A DNA stretch of 53,864 nt, counting the filler, from Dimargaris cristalligena (Eukaryota): assembly GCA_003614675.1 (NCBI GenBank). It is 2 parts of 2 records of this genome, joined end to end, with 100 filler letters (N's around TTAATTAATTAA, not from the genome) between each part and the next. Parts side by side here need not be neighbours in the genome. Positions count along the whole stretch, not along the records: positions 1 to 26,895 come from ML002532.1; 1 more part is not named here. One strand, 5' to 3'. The notes under the pieces were generated by a model. That model worked only from the letters and a program-made list of their open reading frames with translations. It was not told the origin of the DNA and did not search any database. Each line of letters begins with the position of its first letter. Position 1 is the first letter of the stretch. Made by a program: the position numbers and the translations under genes. This document shows positions 11,601 to 23,101 of the stretch, one piece after another.

Positions 11601-14216
11601 TTTCCTCTTTCTGCTCCAATTCCTGCTCCCCGGATACTACCACTGGAGTACCGAAGGGGCTTATATGACCCCGCTGCTGTACTTTGGCCCCTCTTAGCCT
11701 TTAGTGCCCAGCTCCCGCACCAACCTGTGCATTTCGCTGTCCTCATTTAACTAGGGGTAACATTCGTTGCCCTACTTTGTATTAACCACTCTTATTGCCA
11801 CTCACCTCTATCTATTTATCCCCCACCCACTGTTGTAACCCACGCTCGCGCTGCCCACCCGCGCCACTTATCCCCCACCCTCTAACAAATTATCCGTTAC
11901 TTAATTGGCCAATTATTCCCTATAGCTGATAGTCTTGCCACGACCGCCCTGACATACCCCCATTCCCAGATGTCCTTTTTCCAGAAGCCCTCGTTGGCCT
12001 TCCTGCAAATGGACGAACTGAATCCACGGGATTCGGCCGAAATCCAGGAGCTTATGTCCAAACTGGGCTATGACGGGTCGGGCATAGACGGCCCACCACC
12101 GCCACTTCCAACCCAACAGCCCAAAGGGAGCTATATCTACCACGACTACTCCACCAGTGTCACCTCGTCGGACGCGGGCACACTGGTAGCAGACAATGAA
12201 TTAGCAGCTGTCCCCTCGCTTAAAACGGCCCATCACGGTTCACCGCTGGTCGCTCCCGTTGCTTCGATGACTATTAAAATTGGTCGCCCCTACTCAACAC
12301 TGTCGTCGTCCGATAGAGGCTCAACCATTCACTCACCGTCCCTGACCGGATCCCATTTGGCGGCCAGCCAGGGGCGCTCCGTTACTTCTGCTACTGACCC
12401 TGCTGCTCTCGTATCCCCTCCTTCGTCAACCCCCATGTCTGCTCAAAGCTCCTCATCCACTGTCACATCAACAGGTGACAATGGTGATGGAAGTAACCCC
12501 AAGCGAAGCCTGGATCTGGCTCAGCCTATCGATATGCTGGAAAAGGGGTTTACGTGCCACGATCCCACGCGGGCCCGGTTACGGGTAGGCCTAGCACCCC
12601 CTGCGTTCTCCCCCAAGATTGGGGCCCATTCATCGTCTCAGTACCTGAGTGGCAGTCCGTATGCGATCAAGCTAAAGGCCCCTAAGAAACTCAACCCACC
12701 CCATCCATCGGCCAAACCCCTTTCTCCTCCGCCGACCCCCGTTTTGGCGGAAACACCTTCACCTTCCTCCACTACAAAATCGGCCGCTTCCGCTGGTGCG
12801 CCCCCATCCAACTCACCCCGCCCCCATGCTAATGGGGCCAACCCTCACCCAATTAACACTTCGCCTACTCTCCATCACCATCGCCAGCGGGATTTATCGC
12901 CCATCCAGCGCGGCCTTCCCTCTGCTCCGCTTACACCTGATACTTTGAGCGCTCCGCCCTTTTCCCGGTCGAATACCACGGCGTCACAGGCCTCCGATAT
13001 GTCCGATTCGAGTGTCCTGACCACCACGAGCGACCCTACCGCGTCCAAGGACCCGCTCCGGCGGTGTCTGCAGCGCAAGACCTCCCGCGGTCGCGTGAGC
13101 AGCCCCTCCAGTAAGAGTTGTAAAACTGACACACTGGATGCTCTGCTCAGCGATATCATGATGGAGCTTCAAACGTTCAAAACCGACGATCAGGTGATCC
13201 ACTCCAACGTGATGGGCCCCCAGGGTGAGCTCCTAACGCCCACCTGTAGTTTATGTAATTCTAAAATTCTAAACACCCCCCTCACCTTGCCCGAAAGCCC
13301 CAATTCCACTTTTTACCACCGCCAGTGCTTTCGGTGCGGCCGGTGTCGAGTCAGCTTAAACCGGAGGCGCGGCGGGTACGTGCTCTATCGGGGCCAGTTT
13401 TACTGCCCAGCCCATAACCCCCACGCGCCCCAGTCTGCCCCACCGTCACAGCCAACCTCCCCCGCCCGGCATTTATCTTCTGCTTCGGGCCATTCCCACC
13501 ACCACCATCATCATCATCATCATCACCAACCGCCGTCACCTGGCGTCAAGGAGCCGATGAAGCCCGCTCCCCCTTGCGCGCAGTGCGCCCAGCCCATCGC
13601 ACCCGGTACCGCCGTGATCGCTCTTAACCGGCACTGGCACGCCGACCACCTGCGTTGCGCAGCATGCCAAAAGCCGCTGGCCCACTCACCTCCGCATGAT
13701 CGCCGCGAACACCAGGGCCGGGTGTACTGTTCGAACGACTACAATCGTATGTTCCTACCGCAATGCCAGGGCTGCCGCCAACCGATTCTGGAGGAAGACC
13801 CCGCTATTTCGAACAACCCCAACAGTGCCACCGGTGCCTGCGGACCCCGGTCCCCGTTATTCGCCCTTAATGCCAAATGGCACTACGAATGCTTCAACTG
13901 TCAGGTATGCCACCAGGCCTTCCCGGATAAATCGTTTTACGTGTTCGAAAATAAGCCCCACTGCCGGTACCACTACCACCAGCTTAATAAATCCCTGTGC
14001 CAGCGCTGTCAGCAACCAATCGAGGGACCCTGCGCCCAGGTTCTCGAGGGTCGGTTTCACCCCGCCTGCTTTACTTGCGACGCCTGTCGGGTGCCGTTCC
14101 GCGATATTTACTACAATATCGAAGGTACCTTTTACTGTGAACAGCATCTGACCCTGGCCCAGAACCCCAATCGCACCAAGGCCGACCGTCGTCGTACCCT
14201 ATTCCGCGATTTGTAA
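8651..14216 (+). CDS. PXL1: Paxillin-like LIM-domain protein (N-terminal CxxC..H.C motif, LD-like motif, 4 LIM domains), ~836 aa
   Basis: Exon 1 8651-8870 (LPTIKCSTCGQDV..DLPVHIC) ends at GTAAGT in phase 1. A TAG acceptor at 11923-11925 with CTAAC at 11882 joins in frame to the 11970-14216 ORF. There are four LIM domains (CSLC, CAQC, CQGC, CQRC), a TLDALLSDI motif and a His10 tract. The large exon is certain; the exon 1 join is inferred. Confidence 0.85.
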
Positions 14217-15290
14217 ATCATCACCCCCCCCCACTCTTCTATTTATTTATTTATTACACACCCTATGGGGCCAGTACTTTGCTCTCTTTTATGACCCCCC
14301 AAATCTTTGCTTCAACTCTCCCCCACATGATCTTGTTTCAATGGTTTTTTTTTATTTTGAGTGACATTGCTCTTTTTACCTATATGACCCCCTCTCCCCT
14401 TTTATTACTAGTATTATTATTCATCCGCATTCCTGTCTAAAACCCTCGCCCACCTTCCCCCTTTAATCCCGTTTTATTTTTGATTTTTATAGTATACCTC
14501 TTTATTATTACTTCGTAATTTACTGAATCCAGGTCACCTCCAATCCTCCCCTACACAATTGTTGGTGACCCATGTGTTCTTTTGTCCTGTGGTGTCCCCC
14601 TCTCCAGGTTCTCCTCACCCTCCCCCCTTCCTCATTTATTGATATTGGATGGTCCCTTTTCACCCCCCTCCTGATCATGTGTGCCCCAGCGACCGCATGT
14701 CCTACCGCGGCTAATTTAGTGTCACCTTTTTTTTTTTTGCGAATGTTTACCTCATTAGGAAAGATTGGTGAGAATTGTAATTACAGGCTGATTGAGGGAG
14801 GTGTGCTGGGAGGACCAGACCTACTAGCCAAGTCAGGACGTACACATTCGCATGCCCCCCCTGCATCTCCTCTTTCTGGTTGTGGACACACACTTGGCCC
14901 CTTCCCCTCCCTATAATAGTTCTCTAATATCAACTAATAAAAGGTAGTGTACGGAAACATTACTTAGCCACAGTTGCTCAATTGATTTTGTCCCAATATA
15001 GGAGCTCGGCTTGTAGTCGGGAATTGCAACTTCCATCTTTGGCTGGACCAGAGCACATGAGGTAGGTCAGAACCACCATTACTTCGTTCCGTCAAAACCT
15101 ATGGTTTATAAACTTCATTCAAAATTGGGCACCAGTCAAATATACTAAAAATATAACTCTGACAATATAATCTGGTAGGTTAGCGGGGGAATGGTGTACA
15201 ATTATCAAGCATGCCATCAATATACAACCGAAAAAGAAAGTGAAAATACAAAAACCGTAAGAAAAGCAGTGGAGGTGGAGAGATAGTGGA

Positions 15291-17574
15291 CTAGCGGAAG
15301 TTGCTCAAGTTGAGTCTGCCATCTTCAATGAAATGCCCCGTGGTTTGTTGACCGTTTTTCTTCTCGGCTTTAAAGGTGCTATTAACGCCATTATGGGCCC
15401 ATTCCTGGCGACAATATACGCAGTTGACCTGTTTGAATCCAAATATATAGTGGCACGTCCAACCGAGGAATCGAGGACGGTCGAAAAAGGAAGTGATATT
15501 CAAAGGATCGGGGGTTAGTGGGATCATTCTCAAGAAGTAGGCTTAGGGGGTCCCAATCACCACTACTCCCAGGGACCGACATAGTCGTCCGGTGGTTCGG
15601 TTGAGACGACGAGATTCGTTAGGTCCCTCTATACAATTAACGGATAACTTTCAAGGGAGGGTCCCCCCGATCCGGTTAGTGGGATGATCCGGAAGGGAGG
15701 GGGCTCCAACCACTATACTAACTTACCACTCCCCGGCCCCGGTAGTGCTCCTCCCAATGGGCGAAACAACTGCCGTGGATATTATTGCCGCAACTCTTTT
15801 GGCACCACACCAGTTCGTGGGCGGTCCACTGCTCCACGGTCATGTCGTCGTAACACACGGGGCACCGGTCCAGGTCGCTGGCATCGTTGTGACTTGACTG
15901 GAGATGCTCCCGGTCGGTTTCGGCCAGCATAACGGCCAGGGGCCGCCGCTTGATTCCGTAGCTGGACACGGCGTCTTCGCTGGCGGCGGTAGTTTTGTCC
16001 TCCTTATTGACTGGTTCTCCGGTGGCGGTGGCAGTGGTTGTTGGGCGACCGAAGAAGGCTTCCACGGTATTCTGGGGGTCCACAACCTCCCAGTAGGTAT
16101 TCCGAATATTCTCATTCGCCTAGGGTGATACAGAGGGATAGAGAGAAAATGAGGGAGGTGGTGATTATAAGTTATAATGGGGAAGAGTGAATAGTAAAGA
16201 GGAAGTACCAATCCGAACAGGGTGAGTTAGAATAGCCGGCCCAGTGCAGAAGAATAATCATAGTCGATAATATCTTTCTGACAAGGAAGGGGGGGGATGT
16301 ACCCCTTCGATATACCCGAGTGATCGCCACCCGATATGTTGCTCACTAAACTTACCACCGCCGCTGGATCCGGCACCATGTTACCGCATATTTCCACCAG
16401 CTCTTCGGTGAGCCAGGCGCGCTGGAAACAGAGCGGGCTCTCCCGGGGTACGCGTAGCACCTTAAGGATGACGAACAGAATATGTTTGCAGTGGTTGCCG
16501 CGTATAAAGTCGACGCAGTTGCAGGAGGGGACGTGCTTAATAACCACTTCGTAGACCTATATATATCGGCGGGGGAGAAGAAGTGGGTGTTATAGATCAG
16601 TGATAGAAATGGTATTTTAGACCTAGCCCAGCTGTGAATAAGTATATTTCAAGTCATACGCGTGCTCCGGATAATTTAGGGGAAGGGAGTTGAATTGGGG
16701 ACACGACGGACTATTAGTAGCCTACCTTGCCGGTACTGCCCATGATGACAAACTGATGTTCCAGATCACTGAGCTGTTTACGATCGATCATATAAATCCG
16801 CTGGGCCATTGCCCTATCAATCCGCTCCTTCATTTTCTACCGGTGGAATGGATGGGAACGGTGGAGTTGAATCAGGCGTTAAATAGGCGATGATAACAAA
16901 TGTCCACGGGGGAAACGATGGGTTAAGAAGTCAGTCAGGGGAGAAGGGGAAAGCGGCCCAGAAAGCCGAGGCCGAAGCCAATCCCCTAGCAGCAGATACA
17001 TAAGCTCGCTGGGGATAACTTACCAAGGGAGGGGTCGACACATACTTCTTTTGCCGTTTTTCGACCGCCGGATCAGCAGCAGAAGCAGCAGCAGCTGCCG
17101 GCTTCGATTTGGGCCGGTTCTTTTTCGGGGAGACCTTGCTTGGTTTACCTTTCGTGGGGGTAACCAAGTCCTTCGAGAGCGTGGTCTTCTTGGTGGGAGA
17201 CATGGGCGTCGGTGTGGTCTTGGCCTTTCTCTTATTAACCTCGAGGAGGGGGGGACTTGCTGCGGCCGTGGCACTCGGGGCGGGATCTTCTTCGGCTTCT
17301 GTGGTGGTTGGCGGGGTATGCATGAATTCCAAAACAGGCCAGCAGCCACAATATAGGAGGGGGTTACTACTAAGGGACCCAACCAGTCGGAGAAACGCAG
17401 ATACCGCAACAATACCAAGAAATGACCTAGAAGGCGATGACCGACCGGCCAGCCATGGGGGCCTGCAAACGAATGGTTTGGGTTAGGTTTAGTATTGGTT
17501 CACTTACGCAGCAGGTCAACGTTGGTTGCTTTGGTAGCGAGCCGGGAGCTACGGCGGAGGGGAGTTTGGGCCAT
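15291..17574 (-). CDS. SWIM zinc finger + RING-finger protein (ZSWIM2/MEKK1 N-terminus-like fungal family), ~6 exons
   Basis: Exons 17574-17508, ~17298-17024 (acceptor uncertain), 16836-16726, 16556-16356, 16119-15727, 15428-15291. Motifs are EKRQKKY..PP, ERIDRAMAQRIYMI, GSTGKVYEV, the SWIM finger PSCNCVDF..GNHCKHILFV and the RING CPVCYDDM..WCQKSCGNNIHGSCF..W..NCVYCRQEW. Confidence 0.9.
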
Positions 17575-17757
17575 ATCGGGAAGTATAAAAGCAAGTAGGT
17601 AGGTAGGTAGAAAGAGGGGGTGTGCTGCAGAACTGGTACAGGCTAGAAGTACTGGGAGAAGTGGGAGAGAAGCGGGCGAAGTGGGTTAAGTATAATAGTG
17701 GAAACCAGCTAGAATCGATGAAACTGAGAAGTCCAACTGCTGCGGATAGACTTACCC

Positions 17758-17764
17758 TTTTATA
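17758..17764 (-). promoter_or_regulatory. Candidate TATA box of SWIM-RING gene
   Basis: TATAAAA on the minus strand ~185 bp upstream of ATG 17574, followed by a pyrimidine-rich leader. Confidence 0.35.
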
Positions 17765-18112
17765 GTCGGCCCTATGCGAGCGAGCGAGAGAGAGAGCAAG
17801 TTCCGTCAAGGTTGCTGCAGGCCTAAAAGTCTGCTGAGGGCGGAACTCGAGCCGAAGACAGTGCTGCGGCAAGTGGGGTTGTCCAGTGTGCCCTATGCAA
17901 ATGGTGAGGTGGATTTTGAGTCAACTACCATGCTTCATGTACAGGGCTTGGTTCCTAGGGTATGGGAAACACGGGCAATAGTTTGGGCCTATCTTTCTTT
18001 CGGGTTCTGCCATTTCATAATATGGAATAAACCTGGTGAATGGCCCACTTAGGTTAGGACATGCCTTCAAGGAAACTATCTAGTGGCATTGGGTACCTTT
18101 GGAGGAGAATAC

Positions 18113-18136
18113 ATATATATATATATATATATATAT
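18113..18136. repeat. (AT)12 microsatellite
   Basis: Perfect dinucleotide run. Confidence 0.9.
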
Positions 18137-20838
18137 GTATCCAATCAATATTTAACCAGATGCCCCTGTTATCCGAGTTCTTGGGTACAATTTATATCAA
18201 GGGTCACAACAGGGCAGCCAGCCCCTTTAGCAAGCTGTAGGTAATGGAGATTGCATTGGTTGGGAGTCTGGGGATTATCGCATAATGCGGAGCCTAAAAT
18301 ATCGATCAACTACCGGGGCACAGTCCATAATTACTATGGGATACTGTCACTCTAAAAGATACCTGGATCTACCTGCCCCGCTTGTATGTATCATATATGG
18401 GTAGGGGTTATACCAGCCGGTTGACCATTAGAGCGAGTACCCGGAAAGGAGAAGGCGAGGTTCCCGTTTTTGCCTGGTGCAGGAGATTCCCATCCGGTCT
18501 GGAGGGGCTATTGGTCGGTCGGCTGATCTAGGGAGGGGGAAGCTGGAGGGAGACATAGAGCGAGCAAATACTGATAACCCCCACTGGCATGCTGCCCTAC
18601 AACCGCCACCATTATTGATGCTACGGAGGGACTTCGGTGGGTGCCTCAGCAGCTCCACCGCAATTACCTAGTAACCCCATGGTCTGGAGACCATTCATCT
18701 GCATCAGATTCGTCAACTGTATCACACATGCCAGGTAAACCGTGGGGTTGCTGCAAAAGCCATCCACCACACTCTTCCTGATGGGCATTTCCAGCCCCTT
18801 TCCGCGGGACTTGAAAGGTGGTCCCCTTCTTTTAGTTGGAAACCGCCAAATAGCCAAGCGAACTTATAGACCCCCGGGCAGTATTCGATTTACAACTGCT
18901 GGACGCCGGCAATCTACCAGGCAAAGTAAAGGCCGGCAATGTGATGGAGGACAGTCTTTTTACATAAACCACCCCAACCAGTTATTAGCCATATCAGTTG
19001 GGAGATTACCCGTCTACTAGGTTGAGTGAAGGTGGCCTTAGTCCCACAGTAGTTAACCATATTCCCCCAAGAAACGGAAAATGGAGCGAGTCTCCTGCCA
19101 ATACCCCCCTCCTGTTTTGGCCAATATATTGTTAGGAGCACATACCTTCAGCTGCCTGGCCTAGCCGGATGCCGTGCGCAGTTGCTGTAGGTACCAGGGG
19201 AGAATAGCCGGCCCCAGATCTCCGTTGCGCGACTTCTTCACTCTCTTACACAATAAACTCGTCCCCATATAGTCATATATCGACGTCACCACCGTGCATC
19301 AACCGGTAACTGGAACCACATAGCGGCTAAGCCAATCCCTTTTCTAAGAATGTTGGTGTGGGGATGGATGGAATCGTCCTTCCCTTTTTCCCGGCTCTTT
19401 ATGTCGACCCATACACGCCATATTCATAAAGAAGTTGGTCAAAAAGCCCACTTCCCGAAGTCCGGTTCCGAATATTACGGCTATTCCGTATAAAAATATA
19501 AAAACGAAAGAAAGAAACGCCCCATCGGGGCTGTACCTGTGAGAATCCACGGAATTGGAATTATAGCTGGCTTTAGTCGAGTCCATAAATGTACCTCTCT
19601 AAAAAGAGATGGGAGGGGGGGGGGGATAACGAATCGACCCCATGTCATAGTCGGGCTGTCACTCCACTATTTGCAACAGCCGATAATAGGGTAATAAACT
19701 TTAGATGACCCGTTCATCCTAAATGTTGGGGCTGGCTCGTCCAACTATACTTCTTAGATAATTCCCCTAACAGGCATATGGGCAAGTGAAGGGCGAGAAC
19801 ACCAGGTGCGGAAGGGTCGTCCATCCGGCTAATTATTTTGTCGGACTAATTAGCCATCCCCAGTGTTCTGCATGATTTTCCAACAGCCAATGTGAGCGAC
19901 CAGAACCGTTGCCGACCCACCCAATGATGCCGAATGTGTATTAATGGGATCCTAAAAAGATGCCGCTATAACCTGTGGGGCACAAGGGGCCGTTTCCGTC
20001 AGCCCATCGGAAGAGCTAAATAAGCCCCCCGTCCCCGCCATTGAGCATTGTCCAGGCCATAAAACCCAATGTATAATTTTAGAACAATTAGCTTTTACCC
20101 TTTTCCATACCAACATGCCTGTCTTTATCCCGGATGTTGTTTCGGAGTAGCGGAAGCGACCACCCTCCCCAAGGGCGGTAGGGCTTTAAAGTATGGATTG
20201 TTCAGCGGGTCGCCCCATTGGTTAAGTCGAACAGTATACGATTTTAGGTGGGGGAGGGGAGCAGCAGTCCTCGAATACCTTTTTTGGGGGGGATAATTGT
20301 AAGGTGAACGGAGAATATTTTGGCATTCCATTACCGGCTTTTACCGGAGTTACGAGGATTACATGGCTCGCCCATCGTTATCATTAGAACTATTATTATT
20401 GGCTCACCGTGCCTTCGCGCCATTTCATCCGGTTGGTTGGCCGGGAGCAGCCCACATATCACAGCGGTGGGGATGGCCTGGTAAGTCGGCAGTGAGGAAG
20501 GCAAGGGAGGGAGGTGTTCGAACGTGCCCAATGTGGACCAGCGGGTGATCTCGATTTTGAAGGGGCAATCTAGGCAACTGGCCTAGTCGGGCTTAGGCAG
20601 GGTAGGAGAGGTCCCCACGTATGCACGGCCTATACCCTGGTCGGCTCAACAATCAGCGTTCATCATCGGGGTTCACTAACCCGCATTGCCTGCCTGCCGC
20701 CACTTTATCAAGGAATGGCCAATTGGTCTTTCAGAGAAGAGAGACGGCCTTCCCTTCAGTAAAGGTAGGCGATGTACTACTATAGTAGGCGGTCCTCCCT
20801 CTCTCTTCTTCAATTCCAGATATAGCCCTCACAATACA

Positions 20839-20845
20839 TATAAAT
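20839..20845 (+). promoter_or_regulatory. Candidate TATA box of secreted-protein gene
   Basis: TATAAAT followed by ~480 nt of CT-rich leader-like sequence before ATG 21329. Confidence 0.35.
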
Positions 20846-21328
20846 ATCCGCCCCATCCCTAGCCTGGTGGATGTTCTATTGTCTTCAGCATCACCTGCCC
20901 GTGTTTTCCCTATCCTCTCCACTAAATTGGTGAAGTTTTTGATTGTTTCGCTTCGGCTTTATACCACCTTCTTTCGATTACCCTCTTGTCATCACCGTTC
21001 AGTTCACTCACACTTATACCCTTCTCTTCGCGGGCTAATTTTGCTGGACATCATTAGTACTAGTATTCTCTTTTATTCGATAACATCATCGTCATTATTC
21101 CTTCGTTAACACCGCCCGTTTTCGCCTTTGTTATTGTCACTACTTTACGCCCCCCTCCAAACGACAAGCTAGTCTTTCACTCGATACCGCATTTCCCCAC
21201 CTTCCTTTAAATATCAACGACCCACTCCCCTTCTTTCAGTATCTTTAATTGCATCTTCTTCGGCTTCAACTCCCCACCCCTGAATTACTTCACCACTCCC
21301 AACCCCAATCCTTCCCACCACCTTAATC

Positions 21329-22228
21329 ATGCAGCTCGTCAACTCCAAGTCCGCCGTCGTCACCCTCGCCGTGGTTTTCCTGGCCTGTCTCACCACTTCG
21401 TCCGTCGCCTTACCCTTGGGTAAGTGCCAGGTTCGCCCCACGGACAGTCTCACCCCTTCTTCCAGCGAAGCCGCCCCCTTGGAGACAACGGCCACCACCA
21501 GTAGCAGCGACCTGATGGCTTCGGTGACCCCTGCCCCCCCCACGTCTACTTCCGACGCCATTATTGCCACCACCACCACCCCCGCCGACACCACCACCGC
21601 TGCCGCCCCCGCGGAAAGCAACACCAGCGGAGGCGACCTGACGCTCGAGGTGCTCCAGCGCTCCATCAATATGGAAGTCAATGCCGACTGCAAGAACCCC
21701 CAGGACCATCAGGCCGAGTGCCGGACCCCGGCGCAAATCCTGGACCCTTTGAACGCTAACTTCGCCCAATACGGTATCACCACCGTGGGCCAAAAAGCCG
21801 CCCTCATTTCCATCATGGACTTCGAAAGCGGCTCCTTCCGGTACAGCACCAATTTGAATGTCGACCACGCGGGCCAAGGTACCTTCTCCCAAATGATGTT
21901 CCCCCACATTAAGGAATACGTGCAAAGTATCCCCGAACTGGCCGCCCCTTACGCCGCCCTCACTGAAGGCGTCACGGATTTGGACACCAATAAGGAGGTC
22001 ATGAACAAAGTATTGGCCCTCGTCACCGTCGATAAGTACAACGTCGGCGCCGCTTGTTGGTACCTCGCCAAGTCCGCCGGCTGTGGCGCGAAAACCCTAA
22101 AGGTTCTCGAGGCGACCACCGAGGAGGCCTACCGTACTTACCTGACCGAGTGCATCAACACCACCGTCACCGACGATCGGATTAGCGGTTGGAAGCGCAC
22201 CATGGCCGGTCTGACCGGTGCTCAGTAA
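21329..22228 (+). CDS. Secreted protein: signal peptide, Ser/Thr-rich linker, C-terminal lysozyme/GH19-like domain
   Basis: 299-aa intronless ORF with strong C-ending codon bias and a hydrophobic N-terminus (AVVTLAVVFLACLTTSSVA). The domain ECRTPAQ..FAQYGITTVGQKAALISIMDFESGSFRYS..GQGT..GAACWYL resembles a conserved uncharacterised fungal secreted family. The fold assignment is inference. Confidence 0.85.
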   Translation: MQLVNSKSAVVTLAVVFLACLTTSSVALPLGKCQVRPTDSLTPSSSEAAPLETTATTSSSDLMASVTPAPPTSTSDAIIATTTTPADTTTAAAPAESNTSGGDLTLEVLQRSINMEVNADCKNPQDHQAECRTPAQILDPLNANFAQYGITTVGQKAALISIMDFESGSFRYSTNLNVDHAGQGTFSQMMFPHIKEYVQSIPELAAPYAALTEGVTDLDTNKEVMNKVLALVTVDKYNVGAACWYLAKSAGCGAKTLKVLEATTEEAYRTYLTECINTTVTDDRISGWKRTMAGLTGAQ

Positions 22229-23101
22229 TTCATGAGGCGTACTTAATTCAGGACATGGTCCCGGGTAGGATCTGTGTATACCCACCCACCCTCTTGACCA
22301 AAAAAAACATGATAAATAACTGTATTCTTCGTTGCACGAGACGATATACCCCTGATGTTATAGAGTTCCCCCAATAAACTACTCCCCTGTCTTCTATTGA
22401 TTACAATGCACTGAGATGCTAAATGAACTATACTATGGCTTGCATGAACTCTAAAATGCCTAACTTTACCAATTACCCTAAAGACCCTATAGTCATCGCT
22501 ATAGTGCCTCGATAACCGCTTGAATAGTTTTATTACCATCTGGCGGCTGTTCAACCAACCACAGGCCGTTCTCGCAAAACTGCATTTATAGTTCTCAATG
22601 GCGAGAGGGGTGCGTATTCCCTGAGTAAGCACAGTATCGATAAAATAATTAAATAAAGTATTATTTTTTAAAAAATAATAAAAACTGAGAATTTTACCAA
22701 CCCACCTGACAGGCGTTATTGTAAACCGTATAAAGGAGGCTTCATTAACAGTATTCCGTGACAGGGGACGATAAAAAAAATTAAATTGGGGTGATATTTC
22801 AACAAACTAATAAAAGAAGAGGGGTAGAACCAGCATTTAACCACCAAATCATATCGAAAGATGGAATATGCTACAACCCGAATGAATAATGCATACTGAA
22901 AAAAAAAGGCAACTTAACTCACAGAAGAGGTTGAAAACATGGTAAATATAATAAAAAGGTTCGATGGGGCCTAACTGAAGAGACTGATTCCTACGGGCCT
23001 TGACTCAGGCAGGGTACGATAATCGAACAAGAATGCCAATTACTGGAGAGAGGCTTGGTCAATTAATTAGTTGTTACACTAAATTCAAGCGTGCATACCC
23101 T

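Noticed and set aside
19827..19855. GGCTAATTA..TAATTAGCC inverted pair (homeodomain-like sites)
   Set aside because: Too short to separate from chance, and it lies on a different contig from the homeobox gene.
21214..21925. Antisense ORFs of 159 and 171 aa over the secreted-protein gene
   Set aside because: Shadow ORFs caused by codon bias of the sense gene.
22243..22632. 129-aa minus-strand ORF between converging genes
   Set aside because: Non-ATG start, no motif and no coding-like composition. It overlaps the probable 3' UTR.
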